The notes under the pieces are model-generated. The model searched no databases. It saw only the letters and a program-made list of their open reading frames with translations, and was not told where the DNA came from. From assembly GCA_043809145.1 (NCBI GenBank), contig JAZDED010000033.1:18196-82195 (forward strand): DNA of 64,000 nucleotides, in the 5' to 3' direction. Position 1 is the stretch's first letter; every line of letters starts with the position of its first letter. The stretch comes from Candidatus Omnitrophota bacterium (GTDB lineage: Bacteria > Omnitrophota > Gorgyraeia > Gygaellales > Profunditerraquicolaceae). Of this stretch, positions 1 through 9,301 are shown one piece after another. The position numbers and the translations under genes are program-made.

Positions 1-569
1 TAGGCGGCAAACGCACTCAACTTATTCCTTTGGTAACCGAAGCCTTAAACTGGCAACATGGCGTATTTATGGGGGTAAGAAACGGTTCAGAAACTACAGC
101 AGCGGCCATCCATAAAGAGGGCATATTAAGAAGAGACCCTATGGCTATGCTTCCTTTTTGCGGATACAATATGGGAGACTATTTTCAACACTGGCTGAAT
201 ATGGGTAAACGTATGAAGCATCCGCCGAAAATATATAGCGTTAACTGGTTCCGCGTTGATGACGAAGGAAAATTCATCTGGCCCGGGTTCGGAGAGAATA
301 TCCGCGTATTAAAATGGATATTAGACCGTGTAAACAATAAGGTGGGAGCAAGAGAAACGCCCTTAGGACTAGTCCCGGAACTAAAAGACCTGGATTTAAA
401 AGGACTCGATATCCCACTGGCAAAGTTAGAGAAACTATTCCAGGTTAATCCGCTGGATTGGAAGGAAGAGCTACAAGATATCAAAAAATTCCTGGCAAAA
501 TTTGAAGGCAATCTACCGCAGGAAATATTAACTGAATATGAAAGCCTATCAGCCAAACTTAAAATATAG
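1..569 (+). CDS. pckG: phosphoenolpyruvate carboxykinase (GTP), C-terminal part; 5' end lies upstream of the window
   Basis: The frame is open from nt 3 (GGKRTQLIPLV...). Translation shows SETTAAA, RRDPMAMLPFCGYNMGDYFQHWL and NWFRVDDEGKFIWPGFGENIRVLKWI, typical of the GTP-PEPCK C-terminus. Confidence 0.85.
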   Translation, partial: GGKRTQLIPLVTEALNWQHGVFMGVRNGSETTAAAIHKEGILRRDPMAMLPFCGYNMGDYFQHWLNMGKRMKHPPKIYSVNWFRVDDEGKFIWPGFGENIRVLKWILDRVNNKVGARETPLGLVPELKDLDLKGLDIPLAKLEKLFQVNPLDWKEELQDIKKFLAKFEGNLPQEILTEYESLSAKLKI

Positions 570-648
570 CGCCTTGTAAGCCAACCGGTCATGACCTTTA
601 ACCTCTTTAGTAAAAAATTCAAAGAGGCACCCAGACCTATTAAGGGTC

Positions 649-1761
649 ATGCAAGTCCAAATCGACTTCGAAAGAAAACCGCTACTTTTTGACCAACCTG
701 AATATATCATATCCAGTTATAACAGCAAAACATTCTATAAAGCCTTTAACCAAATCGAAAAAGCATTAAGAGAAGGTTTATACGTTGCCGGCTTATTTTC
801 TTACGAAGCCGGATATTTTTTCGAGCCTTGCCTAAAACTTGACAAGAAGTTTGATTTTCCGCTTATCCTGACCGGAGCCTATAAGCAACCCCTTAAGCAA
901 AAATTAAAACAGGATAAATCAGAGGGGTTTAGTATTCAAAATCTTAAACTTAATATCTCCAGGGAAAAATACGCCTCCCATATAAATATTATCCGTAACC
1001 ATATCCGGCAAGGTGATGTCTACCAGATTACCTATTGCCTGAAGTTTAAATTTAATTATCGCGGCAATCCCCGGGAACTGTATTTGGAACTATTAAAGCG
1101 ACAGCCTGTGCCTTATCCGGCATATATCAGCACAAAGGATTTCTCCATACTTTCGCTCTCTCCGGAGCGCTTTATTAAAAAGAGTGATACTTTCTGCATC
1201 ACCGAACCCATGAAGGGAACCTGGATGCGTAAAAATGACCCTTTCTCTAACACTCTTGCCCGCAAAGAATTCTCAAACGACCCAAAGAACAGAGCAGAGA
1301 ATGTCATGATCGCCGACCTTTTAAGAAATGACTTAGGCAGAATAGGCCAAGATGTACGCGCCCCCAGGCTCTTTAAAATCGCCAAATATAAAACGCTCTT
1401 CCAGATGACCTCAATAGTAACGGCAAACATAAAAAAAGATGTTGGCTTATACAAACTTTTTTCCGCGATATTTCCTTCGGGTTCTGTCACCGGTGCTCCT
1501 AAAATAAGAGCCATGCAAATTATCAAAAATTTGGAGCAAGAGGAACGTAAAATTTATACTGGAGCAATCGGTTACATTACGCCCAGGCGCGACCTTTATT
1601 TTAATATCCCTATCCGCACTATTCTTATAAAATCCGGCCAGGCAGAGATGGGAGTCGGCGGAGGGATTGTCTGGGATTCTACAGCAAAGGGTGAATGGGA
1701 GGAAGGCCTGCTCAAAGCAAAATTCCTGACTGCCCTGGCAAGTACTCCTTATATAGATTGA
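649..1761 (+). CDS. pabB: chorismate-binding enzyme, aminodeoxychorismate synthase component I-like (short form)
   Basis: Motifs SPERF, PMKGT (Lys as in PabB PIKGT, not TrpE PIAGT), AENVMIADLLRNDLGR, FPSGSVTGAPKIRAM and ERKIYTGAIGY. Confidence 0.7.
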   Translation: MQVQIDFERKPLLFDQPEYIISSYNSKTFYKAFNQIEKALREGLYVAGLFSYEAGYFFEPCLKLDKKFDFPLILTGAYKQPLKQKLKQDKSEGFSIQNLKLNISREKYASHINIIRNHIRQGDVYQITYCLKFKFNYRGNPRELYLELLKRQPVPYPAYISTKDFSILSLSPERFIKKSDTFCITEPMKGTWMRKNDPFSNTLARKEFSNDPKNRAENVMIADLLRNDLGRIGQDVRAPRLFKIAKYKTLFQMTSIVTANIKKDVGLYKLFSAIFPSGSVTGAPKIRAMQIIKNLEQEERKIYTGAIGYITPRRDLYFNIPIRTILIKSGQAEMGVGGGIVWDSTAKGEWEEGLLKAKFLTALASTPYID

Positions 1762-1822
1762 CAGCCAGTGTACATGGCTGTATACTTATAACTATCTAAA
1801 ATATGCTAAAAGAGGAGTAGAT

Positions 1823-2050
1823 ATGCCTAAGAATAAAGATATTTTAACAGCCAAGCAAGTCGCTGAATACCTGCATCTGCACCCATTGACTGTGCACCGT
1901 TATGCCCGTGAAGGTAAGATTCCAGCTTTTAAAATCGGGACAGATTGGAGGTTTTACAGTAAATACCTGGAAAGGTGGATAAAACAGAAACACGGCGCCT
2001 CTTCCGTCGACAAAAAAAGCAAAAATAACGAATTGTTTGATAAAAAATAA
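1823..2050 (+). CDS. excisionase-family (MerR-like) helix-turn-helix DNA-binding protein
   Basis: LTAKQVAEYLHLHPLTVHRYAREGKIPAFKIGTDWRF matches the excisionase-type HTH pattern. AGGAG lies upstream of the ATG. Confidence 0.6.
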   Translation: MPKNKDILTAKQVAEYLHLHPLTVHRYAREGKIPAFKIGTDWRFYSKYLERWIKQKHGASSVDKKSKNNELFDKK

Positions 2051-2054
2051 CCTT

Positions 2055-2666
2055 ATGTGGTATTGGATATTCAGCATCTTATTTTCCGTAATCGGTAAAA
2101 CCTTTTTTCAATTAAAAGTAGAGGGATTGAAAAATATTCCCTCGCGAACCAATTTTATTATAGTGGCTAACCACTTTAGTTTTCTCGACCCACTGGTAAT
2201 CATGGCAGCGGTGCGCAAGAAGATTTACTGCATTGCCCTAAGGGACATTTATAAAATCAAGTGGATGGGGTGGTTTCTAAAAATGGTAGAGACCTTTCCC
2301 TGCGGAACAGCATCATCGATTGCGGTAAAACTCTTATCAGAAAATAAAAATGTGGGCCTTTTTCCCGAAGGCGGAGTCAGCCGCGACGGAAAACTTAAAG
2401 AATTCAGGCGGGGCGCGGCACTCTTAGCTTATAAGACCGGCCGCCCAATAGTCCCTTGCGCCATATTGGGCGCATTTGAATCTCTTCCTTTTGGCAACAG
2501 CTTCCCTAAGATGCGCCCGATTAAATTAAAGATTGGCCGGCCTATCTATCTGACTAAAGAGTTTGATGAACGTATAGACGAGCTGTATTTGCAAGACGGG
2601 ATTTTTCGTATCCGAAATTCTATAAAGGAAATGTTAAAATGCCCGATAACGAATTTATCGAAATAG
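2055..2666 (+). CDS. 1-acyl-sn-glycerol-3-phosphate (PlsC/AGPAT-family) acyltransferase
   Basis: HX4D block VANHFSFLDP and FPEGGVSRDG block, with an N-terminal TM segment. ATG at 2055 is preferred over TTG at 2037. Confidence 0.8.
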   Translation: MWYWIFSILFSVIGKTFFQLKVEGLKNIPSRTNFIIVANHFSFLDPLVIMAAVRKKIYCIALRDIYKIKWMGWFLKMVETFPCGTASSIAVKLLSENKNVGLFPEGGVSRDGKLKEFRRGAALLAYKTGRPIVPCAILGAFESLPFGNSFPKMRPIKLKIGRPIYLTKEFDERIDELYLQDGIFRIRNSIKEMLKCPITNLSK

Positions 2667-4234
2667 AAATATCAAAAATTATCCAGGCTGAAAAATGGAA
2701 AATTATCCGCCTCCTGACAAAAGTCTGGGAATTTCCTTCGTATGTACCCTGCGTAAAAGAATCATCGGTAATCCTGAAAAAACGCCATGTAATGCAAACC
2801 CGATGGTCAATCAAGCTTGAGAATATACCGATTAGATGGATTGAAGAAGACACTCTTTCGCTTAAGGAGAATGCAATTTATTTCAAGGCTATCGAAGGTG
2901 ACCTTGAAGAATTCCGAGGTATCTGGACATTCGCAAACCTTCCCGAAGGAACACTTGTAAAATTACATATCAGCCTTAAAGTCGGCATCCCGGCAATCAA
3001 TGAATTTGCCAATGAGTATGTACGCAAACTAATAACGAAAAATTTTGAGGCTATTCTTGATGCTATTGAACGCAGGCTTATATCAACGCGTTACAGCAGT
3101 TACCGCCAGGGCAATATAGAAAAAATATCCGGATTCGGCATTATTATTCATTTTTATAATTACTGCCACCTGGAGAAGGGCCTGCTTAAACTTAATCCCG
3201 AACTTAAGTTACCTTCCCGGGCATTCCTACAACAGCTCTATCAAATCGCTCCTTCATTTAAGCTCTGCGATATTGATAGTTTTACCTCCAAGAATAAAAG
3301 TTCGGTAAAGGGCTCATTTGTAATAGCTACTTTTATCCCGGATATGCTGGAACAGGACCAATGGGCAGCTTATTCAAAAGTCATCAAAGCCTGCAAGATA
3401 GCAGAAAAAAAAGGAGTAGGTATTGTAACCCTGGCTAATTTTTCTTCTATGGTGCCGCAGAAAATCGACCATAAAATAAGCGATGATATCTATGTCCCGG
3501 TAACTACCGGGAATTCTTTTACCGTAGCCACAGTCATAGAAAGCATTCTTAAAGCCAATATGGCCCTACAGCTGAACCTTAGCCAATCGACCTTGACAAT
3601 TGTCGGAGGAACAGGAGATATCGGCAGCGCCTGCGCCAGAATACTGGCGGATAGAGTGAAAGAATTGATCATAACCGGAAGGAACAAGGAAAAGTTAAAG
3701 AACCTACATGATGAGTTAGCCCGTAAATATAAAACAAAGATTATTGCAACTACCGATAATCTTGCGGCAGTCAAAGCCGCTGACATAGTCATCGCCTGCG
3801 CAAACTCCAGCGCGTCATTTCTGAATATTGACTGGTTCAAACCCGCGAGCATAATCTGCGATGTAGGATATCCTAAAAACGTCTGCTATTATTCCAGCCG
3901 GGAGGATATACTGATATTTTCCGGAGGCTTGGTAAAATCCCCTACTCCTATTGATTTTCCTATTGACCTGGGGCTGCCGGCTCAGGATATAATCTATTCT
4001 TCTTATGCCGAAGGAATAATCCTGGCCCTGGAGAAAAGGTATGAAAATTATTCTCCCCAGGACAAAAATATTACTCCGCAAAAAGTTGAAGAAATAAGGC
4101 AACTCGGGGCTAAACATGGTTTTGAGCCGGCGGATTTTTACTGGTCAGGAAAACCCATAACCGAAGACCATATCCAGAAGGTGCGCAAAATTAACCAACT
4201 ACTCGGAAAAAATGCTGAATATAAAATAATATAA
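2639..4234 (+). CDS. SRPBCC (cyclase/dehydrase, START-like) domain fused to an acyl-ACP-reductase (cyanobacterial AAR)-like domain
   Basis: The N-terminal ~145 aa have an SRPBCC pattern (W..F.SYVP..., GDLEEFRGIWTF). The rest aligns by eye along its length with Synechococcus AAR: FGIIIHF, TFIPDML, TTGNSFT, TIVGGTGDIGSACARIL, GRNKEKLKNLHDEL, DVGYPKN, AKHGFEP. The AAR catalytic Cys position reads Ser (YSSYAEG). Confidence 0.65.
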   Translation: MPDNEFIEIEISKIIQAEKWKIIRLLTKVWEFPSYVPCVKESSVILKKRHVMQTRWSIKLENIPIRWIEEDTLSLKENAIYFKAIEGDLEEFRGIWTFANLPEGTLVKLHISLKVGIPAINEFANEYVRKLITKNFEAILDAIERRLISTRYSSYRQGNIEKISGFGIIIHFYNYCHLEKGLLKLNPELKLPSRAFLQQLYQIAPSFKLCDIDSFTSKNKSSVKGSFVIATFIPDMLEQDQWAAYSKVIKACKIAEKKGVGIVTLANFSSMVPQKIDHKISDDIYVPVTTGNSFTVATVIESILKANMALQLNLSQSTLTIVGGTGDIGSACARILADRVKELIITGRNKEKLKNLHDELARKYKTKIIATTDNLAAVKAADIVIACANSSASFLNIDWFKPASIICDVGYPKNVCYYSSREDILIFSGGLVKSPTPIDFPIDLGLPAQDIIYSSYAEGIILALEKRYENYSPQDKNITPQKVEEIRQLGAKHGFEPADFYWSGKPITEDHIQKVRKINQLLGKNAEYKII

Positions 4235-4235
4235 T

Positions 4236-5276
4236 ATGGCTAAATTCGCATTTATCGTAAATCCGGTTGAGCTCAACAATATCTATCAGCAATTTCCTTT
4301 CTCCCGGATACTTCCGAAAATTATCCTAAAAAAAGCGCTGCGCCTGCTTCCGCCGTTAAAAATAGCGCAAACAAGAAAATTTCTATCCCCTGCAGGAGAA
4401 GAAATACAAGGTTATTTTATAGCGCTACCTTTACTCTCAGAGCAGATTAGAGAGCTAGATGAAACCGACGCCGTTAAAAGACTGACCCTCTGTATAGACC
4501 TATGCCGCAGGCTTCAGGTGGATATTATTGGAGTAGGCGCAGCAGCCGCAACCATAGGCAATGGCCTGGAGGAGATTTCCAAGCAATGCGAGATACCATT
4601 GACTAATGGCTCCAGCCTCGGCTCAGCCGCGATACTGGAAGTAATAGAAAAAGCGGCAATCCTAAAACATATTGACCTTAAAAATACGAAACTTGCGATT
4701 ATCGGCGCCACTAATGCAGTCGGACAAAACTGCTCGCTTGAGTTTTCCAGACAGGTGGCTTCGCTGAGTTTAATCGCTAAAAATGAACAGCGTTTAATTG
4801 AGTTAAACAAATATCTGCTCGCGCAGCATATAACAGCGCAGATAGAGATAAACCCGGCTAACGCGCCTGAAGCAGTCAAATGCGCTGACATCGTAATATT
4901 CACCGCTTCCGCAGGTGAAATTAACTTTAAGACAACGGCTGACTCATTTAAAAAAGGGGCAATAGTCTGTGATATGCCTGCTTCGCGAAATATAACCCGA
5001 AAGATAGCTTTAACAAGAAAAGACATTCTGGTCATTGATACCGACGTAATTAAACCGCCGCAAACAATTGATTTAGGCTTCAGCCTGCCACAAATAGGAA
5101 AGGGGAACCTGTTTGCCTGTATAGCCGAAACAATACTGTTAACACTTGAGAAGAAATTTGACCGGAATTTCTCTGTTGGCTTTAAACCTGACCTGAATAA
5201 AACAAAAGAGATACTAACGATTGCTAAAAAACATGCCTATAAAATCGCGTTTACGAGCTTCAACCAGGAAATTTAA
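4236..5276 (+). CDS. acyl-ACP-reductase (AAR)-like protein, paralogue of the previous gene
   Basis: FAFIVNP, LAIIGATNAVGQNCS, AKNEQRLIELNKYL and LFACIAETILLTLEK (Cys retained at the AAR FACFAE position). The glycine motif is degenerate (GATNAVG). Confidence 0.65.
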   Translation: MAKFAFIVNPVELNNIYQQFPFSRILPKIILKKALRLLPPLKIAQTRKFLSPAGEEIQGYFIALPLLSEQIRELDETDAVKRLTLCIDLCRRLQVDIIGVGAAAATIGNGLEEISKQCEIPLTNGSSLGSAAILEVIEKAAILKHIDLKNTKLAIIGATNAVGQNCSLEFSRQVASLSLIAKNEQRLIELNKYLLAQHITAQIEINPANAPEAVKCADIVIFTASAGEINFKTTADSFKKGAIVCDMPASRNITRKIALTRKDILVIDTDVIKPPQTIDLGFSLPQIGKGNLFACIAETILLTLEKKFDRNFSVGFKPDLNKTKEILTIAKKHAYKIAFTSFNQEI

Positions 5277-5943
5277 ATCCAGGAACCTGCAGCAACCAAT
5301 AAAATCATTACTGTTATTACTGATAATAATATGGTTTACCGCAGCCGTATCAATATCATTTTCCGATCCAAAGAATACCTTGCTTACCCTTGTTTTGATT
5401 TTAATCGCCATAGAGCGCTTTATAGAAACCTTCTTCACCAGCAAACAAAATATTTTGAAAAAAAATACCAGGTTCGATTGGATTTTTATCTCATTGACCC
5501 TTGGCTATATAATGCTTATGTATGGATCACTTCTAGAGGCGTTTTTTAGCCCACATAAACTTTCTCCGCTTATTTCAATCCAAGGTATTATAGTCTACTG
5601 CCTGGGCTTAGGCCTGCGATGGTGGTCGATTAAATCCCTGGGTTTTGGCTGGAACCTCTTTATATCAAAAAAGTCCATAAAAAAAAGTGTACATTTAAAA
5701 CTGGTTAAAAACGGTCCGTATGCGCTGGTGCGCCACCCCATATATATAGGGACCATTTTTGAAATACTAAGCATCCCGATAATTGCCAATGCCTTATTCT
5801 CCCTGATCTTTGCCATTGCCACAATAATCCCGTTATTGATTATTCGAGCGTTATTGGAAGAAGAGATCTTAGTCCGTTATTTCAAAAACCGTTACGCTGA
5901 ATACAAAAAAAGAACAGGTTTTCTTATGCCTAAGCTTTTTTAA
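5233..5943 (+). CDS. membrane methyltransferase of the ICMT/PEMT family
   Basis: Multi-TM protein with LVKNGPYALVRHPIYIGTIFE and the C-terminal LLEEEILVRYFKNRYAEYKKRT signature. Confidence 0.65.
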   Translation: MPIKSRLRASTRKFKSRNLQQPIKSLLLLLIIIWFTAAVSISFSDPKNTLLTLVLILIAIERFIETFFTSKQNILKKNTRFDWIFISLTLGYIMLMYGSLLEAFFSPHKLSPLISIQGIIVYCLGLGLRWWSIKSLGFGWNLFISKKSIKKSVHLKLVKNGPYALVRHPIYIGTIFEILSIPIIANALFSLIFAIATIIPLLIIRALLEEEILVRYFKNRYAEYKKRTGFLMPKLF

Positions 5944-5954
5944 AAAATATACCT

Positions 5955-8126
5955 ATGAATATTATGATTTTTTACTCCTTAAGCGGGTTATTCAGCGCGG
6001 TCATCGCTTCCGTGTTCGGCATATTCGTATTCATCAAAAAACCGCAAGGAGCAGTTAACCGCACCTACGCGGCCTTAAGCTTCTGGATTGCCTTATGGGG
6101 ATACGCCTATTTTTATTTTCCCATATCGCAAAATGATAAGGATACCGTACTTTTATCCTTCCAAATCCTACAAATAGGCGCTATTTTTATCGGCCCGGCA
6201 TTCCTGCATTTTGTCCTATCCCTTTTAAATATGCATAAAGAAAAGAGAGGGTGGGTTAACCTAGCTTATATACTGGGCATTATCTTCGCAATTTCAGACT
6301 TCACTCCGTTTTTCATAAAAAGAATGGTTCCAAAATTTGAATTTAATTACTGGGCTGAACCGGGTTTCATGTATCACTTATATCTTGTATTCTGGTCCTG
6401 GTGCATTATCTATCCCTGGAGTTTAATACTGCGCAGATACAGCCAACTATCAGAATTTAAACAGAACCAGTTAAAATATGTATTTATCGCCTCAATAATA
6501 GGCTTTCTGGGCGGAGCTACCAATTATCCTTTCTGGTACAATATAGCTATACCTCCAATAGGCACATTCCTGGTAGGAGTGCATGTGCTTATCCTAGCCT
6601 ATGCCATCATTAAATACCGCCTGATGGATATAAAAGTCACGATTACCAGAGCAGGTGTTTTCCTGGCAGTATATACCCTGGTGCTGGGCGCGCCTTTTAT
6701 CCTCTCTACATCCGGAAAATTGCTCCTGATTGAAATCCTGGGAAGAAATTGGTGGTTGGGCCCATTGGTTCTTATGGCGCTCCTGGGCACAGGAGGCCCT
6801 TTTATATACATCTTCCTCAAGAACAGCGCTGAATCATTGATATTACGCGAACAAAAAAAATGCCAGAAGGTTCTTAAAAACGCAGCTGTCGACCTGACCC
6901 GTATACGCAATATACAAAAACTGCTGGATTTTGTCTGTCAAACTATAACCGAAGCCGTGAATATAAAGAACGCGGCAATTTATTGTTTTGACGCCAAACA
7001 AAACGCCTTCATTCTGCAATCAGGAATGGACTTAAGTAAAAAACAGCCCAAATCCATACCTTGCCATAATAAACTCATTGAACTGATGCAGAAGAATAGA
7101 GACTCGCTTATCCTGGAGGAAATTATATACAACTCTCAAGAAGATAATACCTCCTGCCTAAAAAGCCTGGAAATAGAGATGCTTCAATTAGGCGCAGCCA
7201 TGGCAGTACCCTGTTTTCTAGAAGACAAACTCCTGGATGTCATCATCCTGGGCGAAAAGAAATCTGCAAAGATGTATGGGCAGGAAGATGTGGAAAATTT
7301 CAATATTCTGGCTCCGGAAGTGGCGCTAGCAACGGAAAATGCCCAGCTCTACGAAAAAATAGAAGAGGAGGTCCGCGAAAAAACCAGCGAACTAGGTGAA
7401 ACCCAGAAGCAGCTGGTACAGGCAGAAAAATTAGCCACCATCGGAACTTTGGCCGGAGGAGTAGCGCATGAAATAAATAATCCTTTAACCGCTATACTAA
7501 CCAATGTCCAGATGCTATTAGATAGCGACGAGCCGGATAAGGAATGTTTAGAAATGATTGAAGACGCCACCAAACGCTGCAAAACAATAGTCCAGAAATT
7601 AATGGCCTACGCCAAGAAACCACATGCGAATAACGAAGAGCTCGTCATGCTGGATTTACGCCAGACTACCGAGAAAACAGTCTCTTTTCTCAAATTTCAG
7701 ATGGATCAGGAAAGTATCACGCTAAATATAAAAAAAACCAAAAACGAATGCCTGATTATGGGCAATCCCAATGAATTAGAACAAGTGATAACCAATATCC
7801 TGATTAACGCAAAAGATGCTATTAAACAAATCCATAAAAGTGGTATAATTAATGTATCAGTTTACGAGCACCAGTCTTGGTCTAAAATAGAAATACAAGA
7901 CGACGGAGTGGGAATAGCAAAAGAACTGCTCCCTAGAATATTCGACCCTTTTTTTACCACTAAAGATGTGGGAAAAGGCCTGGGGTTGGGATTATCTATC
8001 TGCCAATCGATTATAGAAAAACATAGCGGCAGGATATGCGTAGATTCCGAGATTAATAAAGGCGCGAGGTTCACTATATGGCTCCCCCTGACTACAAAGG
8101 TAGACAGGAGCAGGAAAACAGTCTAA
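5955..8126 (+). CDS. sensor histidine kinase: N-terminal 7TM sensor region, GAF-like domain, HisKA, HATPase (HK1)
   Basis: About 290 aa of TM helices. H-box GGVAHEINNPL, N-box ITNILINAKDA, DDGVGI and GKGLGLGLS. Confidence 0.85.
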   Translation: MNIMIFYSLSGLFSAVIASVFGIFVFIKKPQGAVNRTYAALSFWIALWGYAYFYFPISQNDKDTVLLSFQILQIGAIFIGPAFLHFVLSLLNMHKEKRGWVNLAYILGIIFAISDFTPFFIKRMVPKFEFNYWAEPGFMYHLYLVFWSWCIIYPWSLILRRYSQLSEFKQNQLKYVFIASIIGFLGGATNYPFWYNIAIPPIGTFLVGVHVLILAYAIIKYRLMDIKVTITRAGVFLAVYTLVLGAPFILSTSGKLLLIEILGRNWWLGPLVLMALLGTGGPFIYIFLKNSAESLILREQKKCQKVLKNAAVDLTRIRNIQKLLDFVCQTITEAVNIKNAAIYCFDAKQNAFILQSGMDLSKKQPKSIPCHNKLIELMQKNRDSLILEEIIYNSQEDNTSCLKSLEIEMLQLGAAMAVPCFLEDKLLDVIILGEKKSAKMYGQEDVENFNILAPEVALATENAQLYEKIEEEVREKTSELGETQKQLVQAEKLATIGTLAGGVAHEINNPLTAILTNVQMLLDSDEPDKECLEMIEDATKRCKTIVQKLMAYAKKPHANNEELVMLDLRQTTEKTVSFLKFQMDQESITLNIKKTKNECLIMGNPNELEQVITNILINAKDAIKQIHKSGIINVSVYEHQSWSKIEIQDDGVGIAKELLPRIFDPFFTTKDVGKGLGLGLSICQSIIEKHSGRICVDSEINKGARFTIWLPLTTKVDRSRKTV

Positions 8127-8141
8127 GCAGGAGGCAAAAAG

Positions 8142-8534
8142 ATGTCTAAGAAAATCCTCATAATCGACGATGAAACAATGATTACCAAAAGCCTGAAAAA
8201 ACTGCTCACTAAAGAAGGATACCTTCCGACAATCGTCTCAAGCGGAAACGAAGCGCTTGACCAGCTCAAAACCGATAATTTCGATCTTTTGGTATTGGAT
8301 ATGCGCATGCCCCAGATGGACGGTATTGAAACCATCCGGGCTATCCGCCAATACCTGGCAATAGAGCAAAAAGACCCCATGCCGGAAATAGTCATTACCG
8401 GATACGCAGACGAAAATAAATATAAGTGCGCCGTAGACCTTAAGGTGGCAGCCTACATTTACAAACCTTTTGACACTAAAGATTTTATGGCTACGGTAAA
8501 AAAAGCCCTGGGAGAAGATAATGCTGCAAAATAA
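8142..8534 (+). CDS. single-domain response regulator (REC)
   Basis: KILIIDDE, LLVLDMRMPQMDG and YIYKPF. GGAGG lies upstream. Confidence 0.85.
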   Translation: MSKKILIIDDETMITKSLKKLLTKEGYLPTIVSSGNEALDQLKTDNFDLLVLDMRMPQMDGIETIRAIRQYLAIEQKDPMPEIVITGYADENKYKCAVDLKVAAYIYKPFDTKDFMATVKKALGEDNAAK

Positions 8535-9264
8535 AACAGCGATTATTAGCGGAGCTTCGCGCGGAATAGGAAGAGCGATTGCTTTGGAGTTAGCTGCTAG
8601 CGGATGTAATATATCTTTCAGCTACCTAAAAAATGAAGCGGAAGCCAGAAAACTGGAAGAAGAAATCATAAAGATAAAAGTTAAGGCTATGGCTTTTCAG
8701 GCAGATATTAAAGATTATGAAGCGGTGTGCGCCTGGGTAACTAAAACCAAAGAAGTATTCGGTTCTCTGGATATAGCCATAAACAATGCCGGAGTAATTA
8801 AAGACAAAGCCCTAGTTTTTATGGAAAAAATAGACTGGCAGGAGGTCATGCAAACTAACCTAGACGGAGTATATAATCTAAGCCGGGCAGTGATCACCGG
8901 ATTCTTAAAACAAAAAAGCGGCAATATCATTAATATCAGCTCCGTAAGCGGGATTATCGGGCTGCCACGTCAAACTAATTATTCTGCCTCCAAGGCAGGA
9001 GTAATCGGTTTTACCAAAGCCCTAGCCAAAGAAGTTGCCGGATACAACATCCGAGTTAATGCAATAGCCGCGGGTTTTATCGAAACAGACATGACTAAAG
9101 AACTCAAGGATTCGCTGCGGGAAAAGATGCTTAAAAATATCCCCCTGGGCCGCTTTGGAAAAACTGAAGAAGTAGCTCTTGCAGTTAAATTCCTGGCCAG
9201 TGACGTATCGGAATATATTACCGGAGAAACCCTGGTCATTGACGGCGGATTATCAATGTTATGA
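8521..9264 (+). CDS. fabG: 3-oxoacyl-ACP reductase (SDR)
   Basis: SGASRGIGRAIA, NNAG, YSASKAG and GETLVIDGG. Confidence 0.85.
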   Translation: MLQNKTAIISGASRGIGRAIALELAASGCNISFSYLKNEAEARKLEEEIIKIKVKAMAFQADIKDYEAVCAWVTKTKEVFGSLDIAINNAGVIKDKALVFMEKIDWQEVMQTNLDGVYNLSRAVITGFLKQKSGNIINISSVSGIIGLPRQTNYSASKAGVIGFTKALAKEVAGYNIRVNAIAAGFIETDMTKELKDSLREKMLKNIPLGRFGKTEEVALAVKFLASDVSEYITGETLVIDGGLSML

Positions 9265-9301
9265 GACGAAGTAACCGAATGCTTGGTTATTAAATAAATA
9301 T

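Noticed and set aside
649-1761. PabB-like enzyme as the starter-unit supplier of the lipid/PKS-like cluster
   Set aside because: This is attractive by analogy to chorismate-derived starters in aryl polyenes. However, no adenylating or loading enzyme, pabA or pabC is present. The gene may simply serve folate synthesis, so it is mentioned only as a possibility.
1823-2050. Excisionase-family HTH as a marker of a prophage or integrative element
   Set aside because: There are no integrase, phage or transposase genes and no att-like repeats around it. It sits inside a metabolic operon and is more likely a small regulator.
5331-5549. 72-aa ORF in an alternative frame within the methyltransferase gene
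   Set aside because: It overlaps the ICMT-family gene, whose frame carries the family motifs, and the alternative product has none.
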